Part shown: positions 1 to 12,672 of the stretch, in pieces
How the letters are laid out: each line of letters opens with the position of its first letter
Numbering within the stretch: position 1 is the first letter of the stretch
Source: Takakia lepidozioides
Lineage: Eukaryota > Plantae > Bryophyta
Assembly (NCBI GenBank): GCA_030704615.1
Contig: CM060733.1
Coordinates: 30,690,001 to 30,754,000, forward strand
Reading direction: 5' to 3'
DNA length: 64,000 bases
Program-made: the position numbers and the translations under genes
Notes under the pieces: generated by a model
Database searches by the model: none
Told to the model about the DNA's origin: nothing
The model's input: only the letters and a program-made list of their open reading frames with translations

Positions 1-194
1 TTGAATTCAACTATTTAGTTTGAATTGAAACAGATCGACTAAACAAATCTTGGTGACATAATTTTGTGTTTTGACAAGACAACTTTGATCTTCTAAATGT
101 TTCTATGGTGATAATCCATGTCTTTCTATCAAAAGACTTGAACCTCAGAAGGAGATGATCTGGCAGGGTTGCACGATTTCGAGTGTGGAATCTG

Positions 195-3053
195 ATGCAG
201 TTGCTCAATCGGCGTCACGGTGGCAAAAGTATTGGTCTTGGCTCATCCGCCATGACCACTGTGAATGGAGGTATAAGAGACCAATGGAGCCAGGAAGGAG
301 GCAACAAGGAATTTTGCGGCACTGCTGGGGATGTGATCACACTCTGTAAGGAGGGACGGTTGAAGGAGGCAGTTCAGACTTTGGATCTTTTGGACCAACA
401 AGGCATCCGAGCAAACTTGGAGGCCTATTCTTGTCTCTTGCAGGAGTGCGCCAAGGTAAAATCTCTGGCCGATGGCAAGCATGTCCATGCCCACATTGTG
501 AAAAGTAGCTTTGAACCAGACATCTACTTGTCGAACATCCTTGTCAACATGTATGCCAAGTGCGGGAGTTTTATTTCTGCACGGCATGTATTTGACAGAA
601 TGCATAAACGAGATGTGGTCTCATGGACTGCAATGATTGCAGGATATGCTAAACAAGGGCATAGTGAAGAGGCATTTGAGTTCTTTTGCCAAATGCAACG
701 AGAAGGTGTGAAGCCAAACGGGGTCACCTTTGTGAGCGTCCTCCATGCGTGTGCCAGCCCATTGGCTCTGGAACAGGGCAAGTGCATCCATGCACATATT
801 GTTCACAGCGGATTTGAACACCATGAACGTGTGGGGAGTGCCCTTGTCAGCATGTATGCCAGGTGCGGGGCTGTGTTGGATGCACGCCACGTATTTGACA
901 AGATACGTGAAAGAGATGTTGTTGCCTGGAATGCGATGATTGGAGGATATGTTCAGCAAGGGCATGGTGAAGACGCTTTTGAACTCTTTTGGCAAATGCA
1001 GCAAGAAGGCATGAAGTCTGACGTGGTCACTTTCCTTAACATCCTTAATGCATGTGCTAGCCCAGCAGCTCTGGAACAGGGGAAGCAAGTCCATGCCCAC
1101 ATTATGAAAGCTGGGTTTGAGTCAGAAGTCTCTATTGGAAATGCCCTCGTCAGCATGTATGCCAAGTGTGGGAGTGTTGTGGATGCGCTCAATGTGTTTG
1201 AACGAATGCCAAATCGGGATGTGATCTCATGGACGGCAATGATTGCAGGATTTGCTCAACAAGGGCATGGTGAAGAGGCATTTCAACTCTTTGAGAAAAT
1301 GCAAGCAGAAGGTATGAAGCCAAACAAGATCACCTTCATAAGCATTCTCAATGCGTGTGCAAGCCCAGTTACCCTGGAAAAGGGCAAGCAGGTCCATGCC
1401 CAAGTCATTAGAAGTGGGTTTGAGCGAGAAGTCGTTGTGGGGACGGCTCTTGTCAGCATGTATGCCAGGTGTGACAACATGTTGGGTGCGCGGCAAGTGT
1501 TTGACACAATGCCTAAACGAGATGTGGTTTCATGGAATGCAATGATTGCGGGATATGTTCAGAAAGGGTGCAGTGAAGAGGCACTTCATTTTTTCCAGCA
1601 GATGCAAGTAGATGGTCTAAAGCCTGACAAGGCAACTTTTGTTAGCATCCTGAGCGCAAGTACCAGTGTAGCAGCTCTGGAACAAGGCAAGCAGGTCCAT
1701 GCCCAAATCATCAAAGGTGGATTTGAAGCAGATATCTTGGTGGGAAATGCTCTTGTCAGCATGTATGCCAGGTGTGGAAGTGTGATGAATGCACGTCAAG
1801 TGTTTGACCATATGCCCAAAAGAGATGTGGTGTCATGGAATGCAATGATTGCAGGATTTGCTCAGCATGGGCATAGTAAGGAGGCTCTTGAAATCTTCTG
1901 GCAAATGCAGGGAGAAGGGTCTACGTCCGATAATGTCACTTTTACTAGCATTCTAAATGCATGTGCCAGCCTAGCAGTCATGGAAGATGGTATGCAGGTT
2001 CATGCCCACATTGTCAGTGCAGGATTTGAAGCAGATATCCGTGTAGGGAATGCCCTTATTGATATGTATGCCAAATGTGGGAGTGTGGTGAGTGCACGCC
2101 AGGTGTTTGAGAAAATGCCTGAACGAGATGTGGTCTCCTGGAATGCAATGATTACTGGATATTCTCAGCATGGCCTTGGGAACGATGCCCTGCTACTCTT
2201 TGAACAAATGCAACAGGAAGCAGTGAAGCCAAACAGGGTCACCCTCATTGGTGTTCTCTCTGCATGCAGCCATGTGGGCCTAGTGGATGAAGGCCAGCAC
2301 TACTTCCGCTCCATGAGTCGAGATCATGGAATTATACCCACAGGGGAGCACTATGGCTGTATAGTCGACCTGCTTGGCCGTGCAGGGCATTTAGATAAGG
2401 CAGAGGACTTCATCAACAACATGCCATTCAAACCAGATGGTGGAGTTTGGGGGGCCTTTCTTGGTGCCTGCAGAATTCACGGAAATGTGGAGCTAGCAGA
2501 GTGCGCCGCAAAAGATATTTTCAAATTAGAACCACAAGATCCTGGATTGTATGTTCTGCTGAGAAACATCTATGCTGCTGCTGGCAGGTGGGATGATTTT
2601 GTAAGGGTAAAAAGAGCAATGGAGGACAGAGGTATGAGGAAGGAGCAAGCACGCAGCTGGATTGAGGTAGAAAATAGGGTGCATGTGTTCGTGGTAGAGG
2701 ATACATCTCACGCACACACAGAGGAGATCCATGCTGAGTTGGAGAGATTGACTAAGCAGATGATGGAAGCAGGATATGTGCCAGACACTCGTTTTGTGCT
2801 GCATGATGTGGATCAGGGGCAGAAGGAACTCTCTCTTCGCCACCACAGTGAAAAGCTGGCCATTGCTTTTGGACTCATCAGCACAGCCCCTGGGACACAT
2901 ATTCGCATCATCAAAAACCTTCGGGTATGTCCTGACTGCCATACCGCCACCAAGTATATCTCCAAGATTGTCGGGCGAGAGATTATTGCCAGGGATGCCA
3001 ATCGCTTTCATCACTTCAAGAATGGGGTGTGTTCTTGTGGAGATTATTGGTAA
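195..3053 (+). CDS. PLS-class pentatricopeptide repeat protein with E1/E2 and DYW deaminase domain (organellar C-to-U RNA editing factor)
   Basis: Intronless ORF; first ATG at 195 (the ORF track starts at GTG 183). About 20 P/L/S motifs ([22 protein letters not shown]), then P2-L2-S2, E1, E2, HSEKLA, CPDCH and a terminal SCGDYW. Confidence 0.96.
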   Translation: MQLLNRRHGGKSIGLGSSAMTTVNGGIRDQWSQEGGNKEFCGTAGDVITLCKEGRLKEAVQTLDLLDQQGIRANLEAYSCLLQECAKVKSLADGKHVHAHIVKSSFEPDIYLSNILVNMYAKCGSFISARHVFDRMHKRDVVSWTAMIAGYAKQGHSEEAFEFFCQMQREGVKPNGVTFVSVLHACASPLALEQGKCIHAHIVHSGFEHHERVGSALVSMYARCGAVLDARHVFDKIRERDVVAWNAMIGGYVQQGHGEDAFELFWQMQQEGMKSDVVTFLNILNACASPAALEQGKQVHAHIMKAGFESEVSIGNALVSMYAKCGSVVDALNVFERMPNRDVISWTAMIAGFAQQGHGEEAFQLFEKMQAEGMKPNKITFISILNACASPVTLEKGKQVHAQVIRSGFEREVVVGTALVSMYARCDNMLGARQVFDTMPKRDVVSWNAMIAGYVQKGCSEEALHFFQQMQVDGLKPDKATFVSILSASTSVAALEQGKQVHAQIIKGGFEADILVGNALVSMYARCGSVMNARQVFDHMPKRDVVSWNAMIAGFAQHGHSKEALEIFWQMQGEGSTSDNVTFTSILNACASLAVMEDGMQVHAHIVSAGFEADIRVGNALIDMYAKCGSVVSARQVFEKMPERDVVSWNAMITGYSQHGLGNDALLLFEQMQQEAVKPNRVTLIGVLSACSHVGLVDEGQHYFRSMSRDHGIIPTGEHYGCIVDLLGRAGHLDKAEDFINNMPFKPDGGVWGAFLGACRIHGNVELAECAAKDIFKLEPQDPGLYVLLRNIYAAAGRWDDFVRVKRAMEDRGMRKEQARSWIEVENRVHVFVVEDTSHAHTEEIHAELERLTKQMMEAGYVPDTRFVLHDVDQGQKELSLRHHSEKLAIAFGLISTAPGTHIRIIKNLRVCPDCHTATKYISKIVGREIIARDANRFHHFKNGVCSCGDYW

Positions 3054-3925
3054 TGGTGTGCAAGTCTCTGTCACTGTCACGAATATTCTTTCCTTCAAGG
3101 CCACCTCTTCTCCCTTGGTTGGATAGCATCAAGCTGGAAGCATCTTCATGGGGTGTATATTGACATTAAATCTTGGTATGTAAAGGCAAGTGACACTACA
3201 CAGGCGACCTCCGGATCCCCCTTTAGCCCCCTCAAATCTTTCCTCACATTTTTGGTTAAGTCTGAGGGCTACAGTAGTACTGCCTGGTGTACTTTCTAGT
3301 TTGGTGGCAGTGGCAGCCAGTATTCCATTGGGACTCATAAAAGGGTGTAGCCCAGCTAAAGTTCATCCATGAGATTTGAATGGTGATTCCAAAAATTTCA
3401 GGTGCGTTTGATGTGATATATGTGGATGCGGTAGCATGTATCAGGACAAAGTCAATCTGCTCTTCTTCTTAGCAGTATATTCGAAGCTAGCAGTTCTCTC
3501 TGAGCTCACAGAATCTGCAAGACAGATTATGAGCATCTGCGACAGTCCACATGTGAGTGGAATTGATTAATTTCAACAAAGCATACAACAATCACCATGT
3601 TGGGCTCTCATTCAAGCTCCAGTGCACTCCAGACACTGGCAATGGAGGTTGCAGGTAGGAGAGTCCATTTGTGCAGTTTGTGCCTAACAGTTTATGGAGT
3701 ACCCACAGTTGGAATCACCCAAACTAGCTGGGCTCTACCGTTGTGTATTGAGGGCTGTAGGGCTTGTTCTTATGGTCAGAGATTGTTTTCTGATTTTTTG
3801 TGAACATAGAAGAAACAAAGAAGTTGCTATTGCACATTTTGGGGACATTTGCAACCTCAATTTCAAGCTTTGGAAACATGCACGTGCCTCGATGGTTTTT
3901 TCCCAATGAGACTCCAGATCCAAAT
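3030..3925 (+). repeat. Segmental duplication: DYW tail plus 3' flank, paralogous to about 12650-13415
   Basis: Collinear similarity, e.g. TGTTCTTGTGGAGATTATTGG, AAAGGCAAGTGACACTACACAGGC and GAGACTCCAGATCCAAATTCCA occur in both copies. Confidence 0.9.
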
Positions 3926-3929
3926 TCCA

Positions 3930-4410
3930 CATAGTGCAGCCGCAAAGGCCTAGGGTTTCTGGGTGGGACAAGCTAAGCCCGATTATAAGTTACCGGGAGG
4001 CTGAGGTGGGGGGAACTGCATGGCCAGATGTTTTCACGGCGCATTGGGAGTCAAGGCAAAACAACCTCGTGAAAATTTGAAGAGATACCCTGAGTCACTT
4101 GAAACTGAAAGGTGCCAATCTGCGAAAGGTGAGGAGGAATCAGAAAATGGAGGGCCACAAGTATCTGGAGTAGACTCGTCATTGTCAGTCTATTGCCATT
4201 GCGAGCTCATTGGGACCTGATTGGAATCAGGTGGTTGTCTTGCCACAGCAAGGATGATAATCTTTTTCGCAGGGGGAAGGTTTGCCTGCAATACACTGGA
4301 CGTGACGGTTCGCAATCTTGTGCTGTTGGCATCTTTTACTTCTCTTGTCAAAAGATCTGTGGGAATATCTAGCATTTTTTTCCTCCTGTCCTCCTTGTAA
4401 ATATTCCCTT
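3930..4410 (+). pseudogene. Fragment of the helicase gene 3' end (GW-repeat tail and downstream sequence), paralogous to about 25965-26540
   Basis: Shares GGGTGGGACAAGCTAAGCCCG and the peptide RYPESLETERCQSAKGEEESENGGPQVSGVD with ORF 25673-26365; contains indels. Confidence 0.9.
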
Positions 4411-4425
4411 TCTCTTTGCGACAGC

Positions 4426-4992
4426 AATGAAGTTAGGCAGAAAACTTCCCTGAACTTGTTTCCAGTCAGTGACATGGGGGAGGACATCTTGGCTGACCTC
4501 AAGGGTCTACCCACTCTCGGCACTAGACTGAAATTTAAACTCAGGGCAGGAAGCCTACCTTTGAACAGCAAACAGAAGCAGAGAGGAAAGGGAGAGTGCA
4601 ATTGCCCGTTGTGTGGGCAATCTGAAGACAGTGTTCATTTTCTGATACACTGTCCGGGGTTCTCTCACCAAAGAGACGCTCTCTTCAAATCTATCGAGGG
4701 AATTGTGCCTGTACCCTTGTTTACCAACTTTGAAAGTCTCGAGGCTGAGCCAAAAGCCCAGGCCCTCCTGAGGCCTAGTTTTTGGGCAAATCACACACAG
4801 CAGATTGATGCTTGTGTGAAGGGATTTCTAGAGGATATCTGGAAAACCCGGATTAATTCTATATATGATGGTAAGTCACACTACCAACGTCAGCCCCCGA
4901 CAGAGGTAGGTTCTGTTCCTTTGGTTCCCGCTCAAACTGGGCGCGGGGTCAATGGCCACAAGGCTACGGCAAACAACGTCTTATGAGTACAA
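4426..4992 (+). mobile_element. 5'-truncated non-LTR retrotransposon (family A): C-terminal CCHC zinc finger plus 3' UTR, no poly(A)
   Basis: Encodes KLRAGSLPL...CPLCGQSEDSVHFLIHCP. Nearly identical to 16012-16571. Flanked by the duplication TCTCTTTGCGACAG (4411-4424 and 4993-5006). Confidence 0.9.
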
Positions 4993-5006
4993 TCTCTTTG
5001 CGACAG

Positions 5007-5042
5007 CGGACGTTATAAAGCACCATTTCATTTCATTTCATT
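5007..5042 (+). mobile_element. Extreme 3' end of a second LINE family (family B) with a (CATTT)n tail
   Basis: GGACGTTATAAAGCACCATTTCATTTCATTTCAT; the same terminus recurs near 16995, 18590 and 20475. It is followed by a third target copy, TCTTTGCGACAG (5043-5054). Confidence 0.75.
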
Positions 5043-6149
5043 TCTTTGCGACAGTGTTGCTGTTTCATCCTATATCCTGGTAGAAACTCGTCTGCAGGAG
5101 TATGAAGGCCATTTTTACAGACTTTTGGATTCTGTGGGGCACCAGTACTTGTATACCTGGTGGAACAAGGGTTTCAGAGCATTAGACCCTTGGATGTCTC
5201 TCAGAGTTGACAGGGTGGAGTTAGGCTCAATTCCATCTACAAACGCCAAGGACAGGATGTGTTTTGAATCAGGTCCCTTTGTAAGTATTACCAAAAATAC
5301 ACATGAGAAACATAAGAGTGGGTCTGTAAAAGCTCCCAACAATCACCAAGAAGGCCTGAGGCCTGACGGTGTACAGGCAGGCAAGTTTCAGGTTGTACAT
5401 ATGCTGTTTTGGTTTGCCAGCCATCAGGGCCATTGTGCTAAGCTTGTCTGAGTTTATTTGGGAATGGATTTGCAAACGGATTCCATGGTATTGCTATACA
5501 CATCAAAACTTCTTCCCATATGCGATAAAATTACGTGGAGTATTATTTCTCAAAAACAATGGAATGCACAGGCCACCATATGTTCTCCACAATTATTTTA
5601 CGATTCTGTTTCGCAAAGTGACAATTATAAAGAAAATAGCTGACTAATCTGACCATCCCCCCTCAGGAAAAGCAGGACCCTTCATCCCATCCTATGCTTG
5701 TGGTGCATTCCCTACTTCTGTTCTTCTGATCTGTTCTTCTAAAGAATCCTTCTACTGTTGTGGCGACCTCCTTAGATCGCACTCTTCTTCTGTACACCAC
5801 ATGCATTGTTTTCGACTCTCTTCCCCTGTGCCACCCTCCAGCAAAGTATCTTGTACTACAATGACCTATGCTTTTAAAACCAAATACTCACAGCAGCTTG
5901 CTTAGTCTCTCTTCAGTTCCGCTATTTCCAAGCAGTCTCAGGACTACATCTCTTTCGCCGCTTGAGCTGTTTACATTTTCTGGAGCATCTTCATATCGAT
6001 GCTGTGCGAGCTGCTCCCATCTCCACTGTAGCTCTGCAAGCTAGGTACTTTCACTCTGCTCCGAGTTGTTCTAGTGCCATGCGCTGCTTGCTTTGTGCCT
6101 TCAGTCAGGCCACGGGTTAGCTGAGAATCTTCAGTGAAGTCCGTGTAAG

Positions 6150-6370
6150 AATTTGCCTAGCCGTCATATTAACAGTAACAAGAGAAGAACTTTGAGTGCT
6201 GGAGACTGAACAGCCTTCTTGGATTGGTTCCTCAGCGACTCCGGAATGCAAAGATGCTGCAGAGTTTTCCCGAGGGTACAACCGACCTAGACCAAAATGG
6301 ATCTGGAAAACTAGGGAGCCTGTTTTGGCACTGAGTATAAAGAACTGTGTGTGACATCTAATTATGAGTA
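6150..6370 (+). pseudogene. Fragment of helicase exon 3, paralogous to about 22768-22995
   Basis: ATTTGCCTAGCCGTCATATTAACAGTAACAAGAG and GGAATGCAAAGATGCT are shared with the helicase; the frame is disrupted. Confidence 0.85.
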
Positions 6371-7475
6371 TTACAGTACACATTCACATTTGGAGGAGAA
6401 CGCGTTGAGCGATGGGTGAAGCGAGCTCTTTGGGACTGAGTGTTGCGACACTCTGGTCTCTTTTTGATGATTAGATTCGTCTCTTTTGCTGGTTGACCCT
6501 GCCTTTTAATGTAACTGCATATACATGTTATGTTGTCATCAAGCTTCCGGCAGGCCTCGTATCTGGTTCTTCCAAGCTGGTAGCGCTTAGCTCTAGAAGG
6601 TGGAGGCCGTTTGCTTCCGTTTGCTGCTTCCTCTGCTTCACCTAGTTTTAGAGCTTGTTAGAACTTTTGTTACACAAGGCACAGCGCCTGCTACCGTAGT
6701 TGGGCTTTCTGAAGAGGGTACTTGTTGAATTCGTGTCCAGAAAGCTTTGAAGATTCCTTTCAATTCTCGACTGTTTCAGGCAATTTCGCCCAAACGTGTT
6801 TTGTTTCCTTAACTGGAAGCGAAAGGTGACGGAAAGAGAGGTCGTTGAACTAAAAATAGAAACTCGAGTAAGAGAAGGTACTAAAAGTAGATGTTCAGGT
6901 GTCACGGGGCTCCTCCGCGTATAACACACTGTGGGAGTTTTGCTCGCTGAGTGTGTGTAGTTCAATGTGTTGGTCTGCTCTGCACTGCACGTACACGAAC
7001 GTTCGCGCAGGTCTGCAACAAGTGAACTTGAAATGGTGGGCGGGAGTGAAGGCAAGGTGTTGAGCCGATTGGGTGTTGCAGACGGACGCAAACGCAGGTT
7101 GGAGCAGGTGGACAGGGATTGTGACAGGAACATACACAGACTTAAGCATATGGGGTTGTGGAATGATGAGCGTGAAGTGGATATACGCAGGGTTGCAATG
7201 CTCCGTGTCAGCGAGGACTATGATGGGCGTCTCAAATTGAGCGATGATGGACGACATGAGAAGAAGAGACGCATTCATGAGCAATTGATCGCCCCCAAGA
7301 ATCCTGTAAGCGAGGAGGTTGCTAAGCGGGAGAGGGACGTGAAGAAGAGGGACGACTACTCAAGGAGTTGCTCACCCTGGACTGTTACGGTTTACCGCGT
7401 CAGGCGTACATGGGAACGTCTCAAGGCATTCAGCCACCATTCACCATGAGTTGTATCCCCTGATGTGGATAAATA

Positions 7476-7632
7476 GCAATGTTTGACGACTCACCAATTC
7501 TGTGAAAAGTCGTAGCCTTTGCAAGTCCAAAGTTGGTGTCATAGCCCAAACCTCATTCACGGGGTGGTTGTGCAAAAAACATTGAGCAATGTTTGACGAC
7601 TCACAAATGTGAAAAGTCGTAGCCTTTGCAAT
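7476..7632. repeat. Two about 48-bp direct repeats
   Basis: AGCAATGTTTGACGACTCAC...GTGAAAAGTCGTAGCCTTTGCAA at about 7476 and about 7586. Confidence 0.75.
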
Positions 7633-9863
7633 TACAAGTACATATTTCCTTGAGGCTTAAGTACTTGATTGAATCGACCAACAGCTCTATGTGTACATGT
7701 GTGTTTGTTCCTCTAGTGCTGCTCTAGTGTTTGTTCCTCTAGCTGATCAATATTCTCAGGGTAGGACTTCTAGCCTGAGCTTCTAGCTCCATAAGATGCA
7801 TGACTAATTTGTTTGCTGGGGATCTGCTTCTTCCCTGGGCCTAACGAACATGACCATGTATGACTCAATAATTATTAGCGAGATCAGTTCTGTAGGCCCA
7901 GTTCTTGTTCTTGTCTCCTTCTTGGATGGGTAGGCACACTAGCCAAGGGGGTGCATGGTGTCACTGGAGTTGTTGAAACTCAGGAGCTGATCTTCACAAG
8001 GAACCATTCCATTCTGTAATGTTTTTCTGTGAGATACATGGAGGCAATAGAAGGCTTGGATCTCTTTGAAAATACAAAACAGGTCTGCTGAAGACCTGCT
8101 AGCCACGAAAGCACAGCGAAAGCAACTTCTGCAACGTTATAAAACATGTCAAATTCTTGTCCTCTTGAAGTTGGACATGAAGACTCTTAAATTGCGTGCA
8201 CACCTGTACACCACCTACATGTATGTCATTCAAGATTAGGAGTTCTCCTGAAGAAGGTTCCTTAGGACCTGCACAAACGGGTGCAACTTGTTCTGAAACC
8301 CTCGATCACAGATCTGATATCTCAGTGATTTGTTCGTTATAGCGGTGCAGATCCATGGTGCCTGTGTAGGAAGAAAGAAAGCTGGGAAACCCTAATTTCC
8401 TAGCAACATATATAGACTAGTATTAGATATGGCCGGATCAAGTCTTTCAAACTTTTTGAAATCACAACTGAATCAGCAAGCACACTAGAAGCATGAGACC
8501 AACTACGCATATCGAAGTGCACATGACAACCAGCTGGAGAACAGAGAAGGTTCTGAATGAGATATGAAGTATATGGCAGCTTCACCTTGCACATGGACAC
8601 CGACAATATAAATCTCTTGATCTGAGGCTTCTATCGATTTGCTGATCCAGTTGTCCAACGCTGCGTCATATATGGTCATGGTGGCTCAGGAAATGAACAC
8701 TAAAAATTACTTACAAGCAGTCCCCCAAAATGTCCTCGAATATCAAGAACTTTTGCTTACAGGTTTCTATTGAAAAACTTATTGCTTACATCAGGCATGC
8801 ATCTGTAATGGCTAAATCATGCCAGAACTCTCTCGTATCCTCAGTAAACTGTCCTGAGCTATATATCTGATCTAATCTTGAGCTATCTCTACGTATGTGA
8901 TCAAAACAATTATCCCACAAGCTCCTACGTACACAGACTATCTGTCTCTCACTCAAGAAGACGATCTACCTTGGTTCCTGCATGTACACTAACAACTAGG
9001 TGCACCAATAACTGGAGGATGAATCGTCTTCGAGAACCAAACGTCTATGAGATAAACGGCACTGTTAGAGAGAATGAACGGTAGTGAGAGAACCCTAAGA
9101 TCCTAAGTCGATCCTACCCCACGCGCTCAAGTGTTGTGTATTCATGTACGTACTTAATTTTTTCAGCAGTTTCTATCGCCAAAGATCATCTGCAGTCTGA
9201 GGTCCTTCAACACTGCCATTACCCCGCAACTTGATCACTGTGAGCCGCATGGCTACGTCCACCAATCTTCCAAATGCTGCCAATATCTGACGACCATTCC
9301 CAGCCCTACGAGGATACATCAGATACAAGCAATGAACATATCGTTGCAAGTGGATCTCTCGCCAATGCCTCACCATCATCTTCCCTCAACGGAAACAACA
9401 CAAAGTCACGTCCAGAGTAACGGGGACGGTGAGCACGCTACAACCAGCAAAGAGAAACACTACGGAATACCAACAGAACTATACTCAAACAGATTCCCAC
9501 CTACATTCTACATTCCAAAGACCACGTGAAAATATGCCAAAACGACAGAATATGCTCACAGGACAGTGAAAGATATTCCCTTTACCCCAAGTTTTAGCCC
9601 CGCATACAGTCAGAATACTGGGGCTCTCCCTCCAAAGTAGATGTAGCACTAGTCTGTTTCCATCGCCAGCTCTCCTATAGTTGCCGCTGAATCAAAATGA
9701 GTGAGGCCGGCAGGTCTCTTGACTTACAGACAAATAAAGTGGTGAGGAGAGTTCATTAGGGAAAGTGGAGAATACTGTTCTTGCAGATCACGCTGTATGA
9801 AGGCGGCTACATCATTAAAAAGGTGAAGAAATGTCAGGCATCATTCCTTCTCATATCATTTTC

Positions 9864-10440
9864 TCATAGATCTCCAAAGCCTCCAAGGTTAGCACACCCA
9901 TGCTGAGAATATCCTGCGATCATCGCATTCGGACATGAGACCACATTTCGTTGAGCCACATTGTTGAACACTATAAGAGCATCCCTTATGCTACCACTCG
10001 AAAAGAGAATTCTCCAGATTGATGTCTCATACAATTTCAGCTTTGATATTTCACCATGAACCAATATGCCCTTTTCCAGGGCTTAAGAATGCCATGGAAG
10101 GTAAGAATTCTGCCCTGATCCACATCATGCAGCACAATACGAACTCTTGTCTAGCCCATATCCTGCTTCCATCGTCTGCTGAGTCAATTTCTCCAACTCA
10201 GCATGGATCTTCTCTGTTTGTGCGCGAGAGTACATCCTCTACCACAAACACATGCACCCTATTTTCTCAATGCAGCTGCATGCTTGCTCCTTCCTCATAC
10301 CTCTATCCTCCATAGATCTCTTTACCCTTACAAAATCCTCCCACCTGCCAGCAGCAGCATAGATGTTTATCAGCAGCACATACAGTCCAGGATCTTGTGG
10401 TTCTAATTTTGAAAATACCTTTTGCAGCACATTACTAGCT
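9864..10440 (-). pseudogene. PPR/E-DYW pseudogene fragments
   Basis: [45 protein letters not shown] matches the E2/DYW start of gene 195-3053; also NAMIAGYSQHG. Frameshifts are present. Confidence 0.9.
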
Positions 10441-10454
10441 CCACAAGCAAGGCC

Positions 10455-11908
10455 CCGGTCCACTTTGTGGTCATATAGATGAGTGTGATCTCTAACCATC
10501 TCCTCCCTATCTCCGAAAATCCTGTCATGCAGAATCAACGCCTGGTTTGATTTGTTCCTTAGCCAATCGGCGAGGACAATCTTTGTGGTGAGTGAGAGCC
10601 ATCACAATTCAGTTCATTGCCAAAGTCATTCGCTCACGAAATTCCATCGACGTGTGTGAACTGTACAGTTCACTGTTGTGGATGTAGGCAGTAGCAAGTG
10701 TAGGTTGGTTGACTACAACCTTACACAGGAATAGAAAATGATACTGGATTGGCCAGCTATGGAACAATCCCAGGCTATTTTTTGAGTGTAGACATGCAAC
10801 TACTACCAGTATCTACTAGCTCACATTTTCATGCAGTAAAGGTCTTCGAATATGCTTTTTAAAGCCCGTGACATCTGATATTGTTTTGATCAAGACGGAG
10901 CAAGAGCATACTGTTGTTCTGTCGGCAGGAGGAGGTGCAGAAACCGTTGTGCTTTTGTGCAGACCTGATTGGATGTGACGCATCACAATTCTCCGTCAAC
11001 AGCCACAACATAAACTTGGACAAAGCTTCTGCTGGCCTTCACACAAGCCAGTCTGCAGTTATCTTCGTCACAGTCTCTGGGAGGTCACAAAGAGGTACCT
11101 GCATCCTCGTGGTGGACATTTTATGGTAGCATGTGATGCAGCAACAATCAAACTGGATCTGGGGACTGAATCTGGTGAGTTTACAGCATACTCTCCTACA
11201 CAAAAGTTCAAAGAGGCAGAGATTACCCTCTCGTCCGAAGATGGGTATTTATGGCCCCAACCTAGCTTGCAGAAATCCATTTATGTAAAAAGCAGAAGCT
11301 CAATGACAATGACATACGCTTGCGAGATGCCTACCTCTTCCAAGTTCCTTTTGTTTTGGGAGTGTTTATCTCCTCGAACTCCTAATACAGATCATCATCA
11401 ATTTTCCAGCACATTTGTATAGTTGTCCCTTCCTGTTCGAAATAAAAAGCACCAAGGCTCGTTTCATGATTCTTGATGAACATCTTCACATCTTCTTTGG
11501 ATTTCTCACCGCAAGTTAGTTGTGAAGTATCGTTTGATTTGATATCGCCTATCCCTTGGGCTTACACCGAACTCGCAGAAGCCAAGCTCTCATCAGTCCC
11601 GTGGCCCATCCTTAGCACGACACCTAAACAGGTGATGAGATCCCATGGCCCGCATGGGCTCTCATGGATACACGAGACCTCAAGAGGTCATGAGGTCGCT
11701 ACACGACAGCTCAACAGATCACGACGTCCCATGGCCCAGCAAGCATGGGCTCTCTCACGGACTTCTACATGAGTCCTCAAAGTACTTACCATGATCCGGT
11801 GGTGCTTTGGAGCACACACTTGATGGAGGGGTCACCAGGATCAACCCTAACGACAGGGAGGACACGGTTATAGATCACACTCATCTGTATGACCGCAAAG
11901 AGGACTGG
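10455..11908. repeat. About 57-bp imperfect inverted repeat pair (10455-10511 and 11852-11908), probably TE termini
   Basis: CCGGTCCACTTTGTGGTCATATAGATGAGTGTGATCTCTAACC versus the reverse complement of GGTTATAGATCACACTCATCTGTATGACCGCAAAGAGGACTGG. Confidence 0.65.
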
Positions 11909-12457
11909 ATTGACCTAGTTTCGTGGAGGGTGGGGAGGCATCTGTCGCATCCGGCATTGCCCACTTCAGCTCCACGTCTGCACCTTCCTGCATGATGCGG
12001 GTCCTCTCGCCCCTTCACCACAAAGACAAGACAGGGCCTCGGATTTGGGTTCTCCCAGTAATCTAATTCACTTGTGTGAGTTTCTGTCATCCAATGCCTT
12101 CCTGTTTCTTTCCGCGCTCTCCTCCATTTCATTCCACACTCTCTGGGTTTGCTGTTGAGAAAGGAGACGGAGAGCCGAAGGGGGTATCATCAGTTGTGTC
12201 TGTTGAAACGAAGGAAACCGACCAACAGCTAGCGGGTTGCCAACGGAATTTTGCTTGAGATGGGAATGGGTGTCTTTGTCCCTATGGTATGTATGTTTCC
12301 TTGTTTCCCTATCGCATACTCTTAAGCTAATTGCTTCTTTATCAACCTGTCATTGATCTAAGCTTTCTTTGTTTCAAAGACATTTCAGACAGGACCTCCC
12401 AACGCCATGTGCCGATGTCCAGTGGCAAGAGATGATTCATGGACTTCAGTTTTAAGA

Positions 12458-12672
12458 AGATGGTCTGAAGCCTGACAAGGCAACTTTTGTTAGCATCCTG
12501 AGCAAAAGTACCAGTTCAGCCGCTCTGGAACAAGGCAAGCAGGTCCATGCCCAAATCATCAAAAGTGGAGTTGAGGCAGATATCTTGGTGGGACATGCTC
12601 TTGTCAGCATGTATGCCAGGTGTGGAAGTGTGATGAATGCATGCCAACTGTTCTTGTGGAGATTATTGGTGA
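12458..12672 (+). pseudogene. Internally deleted copy of the PPR-DYW gene
   Basis: Matches about 1610-1800, then jumps directly to the final CSCGDYW codons (about 3030-3053) and continues into the same 3' flank. Confidence 0.9.

Noticed and set aside
2640-3053. U-to-C (DYW:KP) editing factor
   Set aside because: It has SW after the box, HSEKLA and a canonical DYW end; none of the KP-type signatures are present.
243-3126. Many antisense or alternative-frame ORFs over the PPR gene
   Set aside because: They are shadow ORFs of the repetitive PPR coding sequence.
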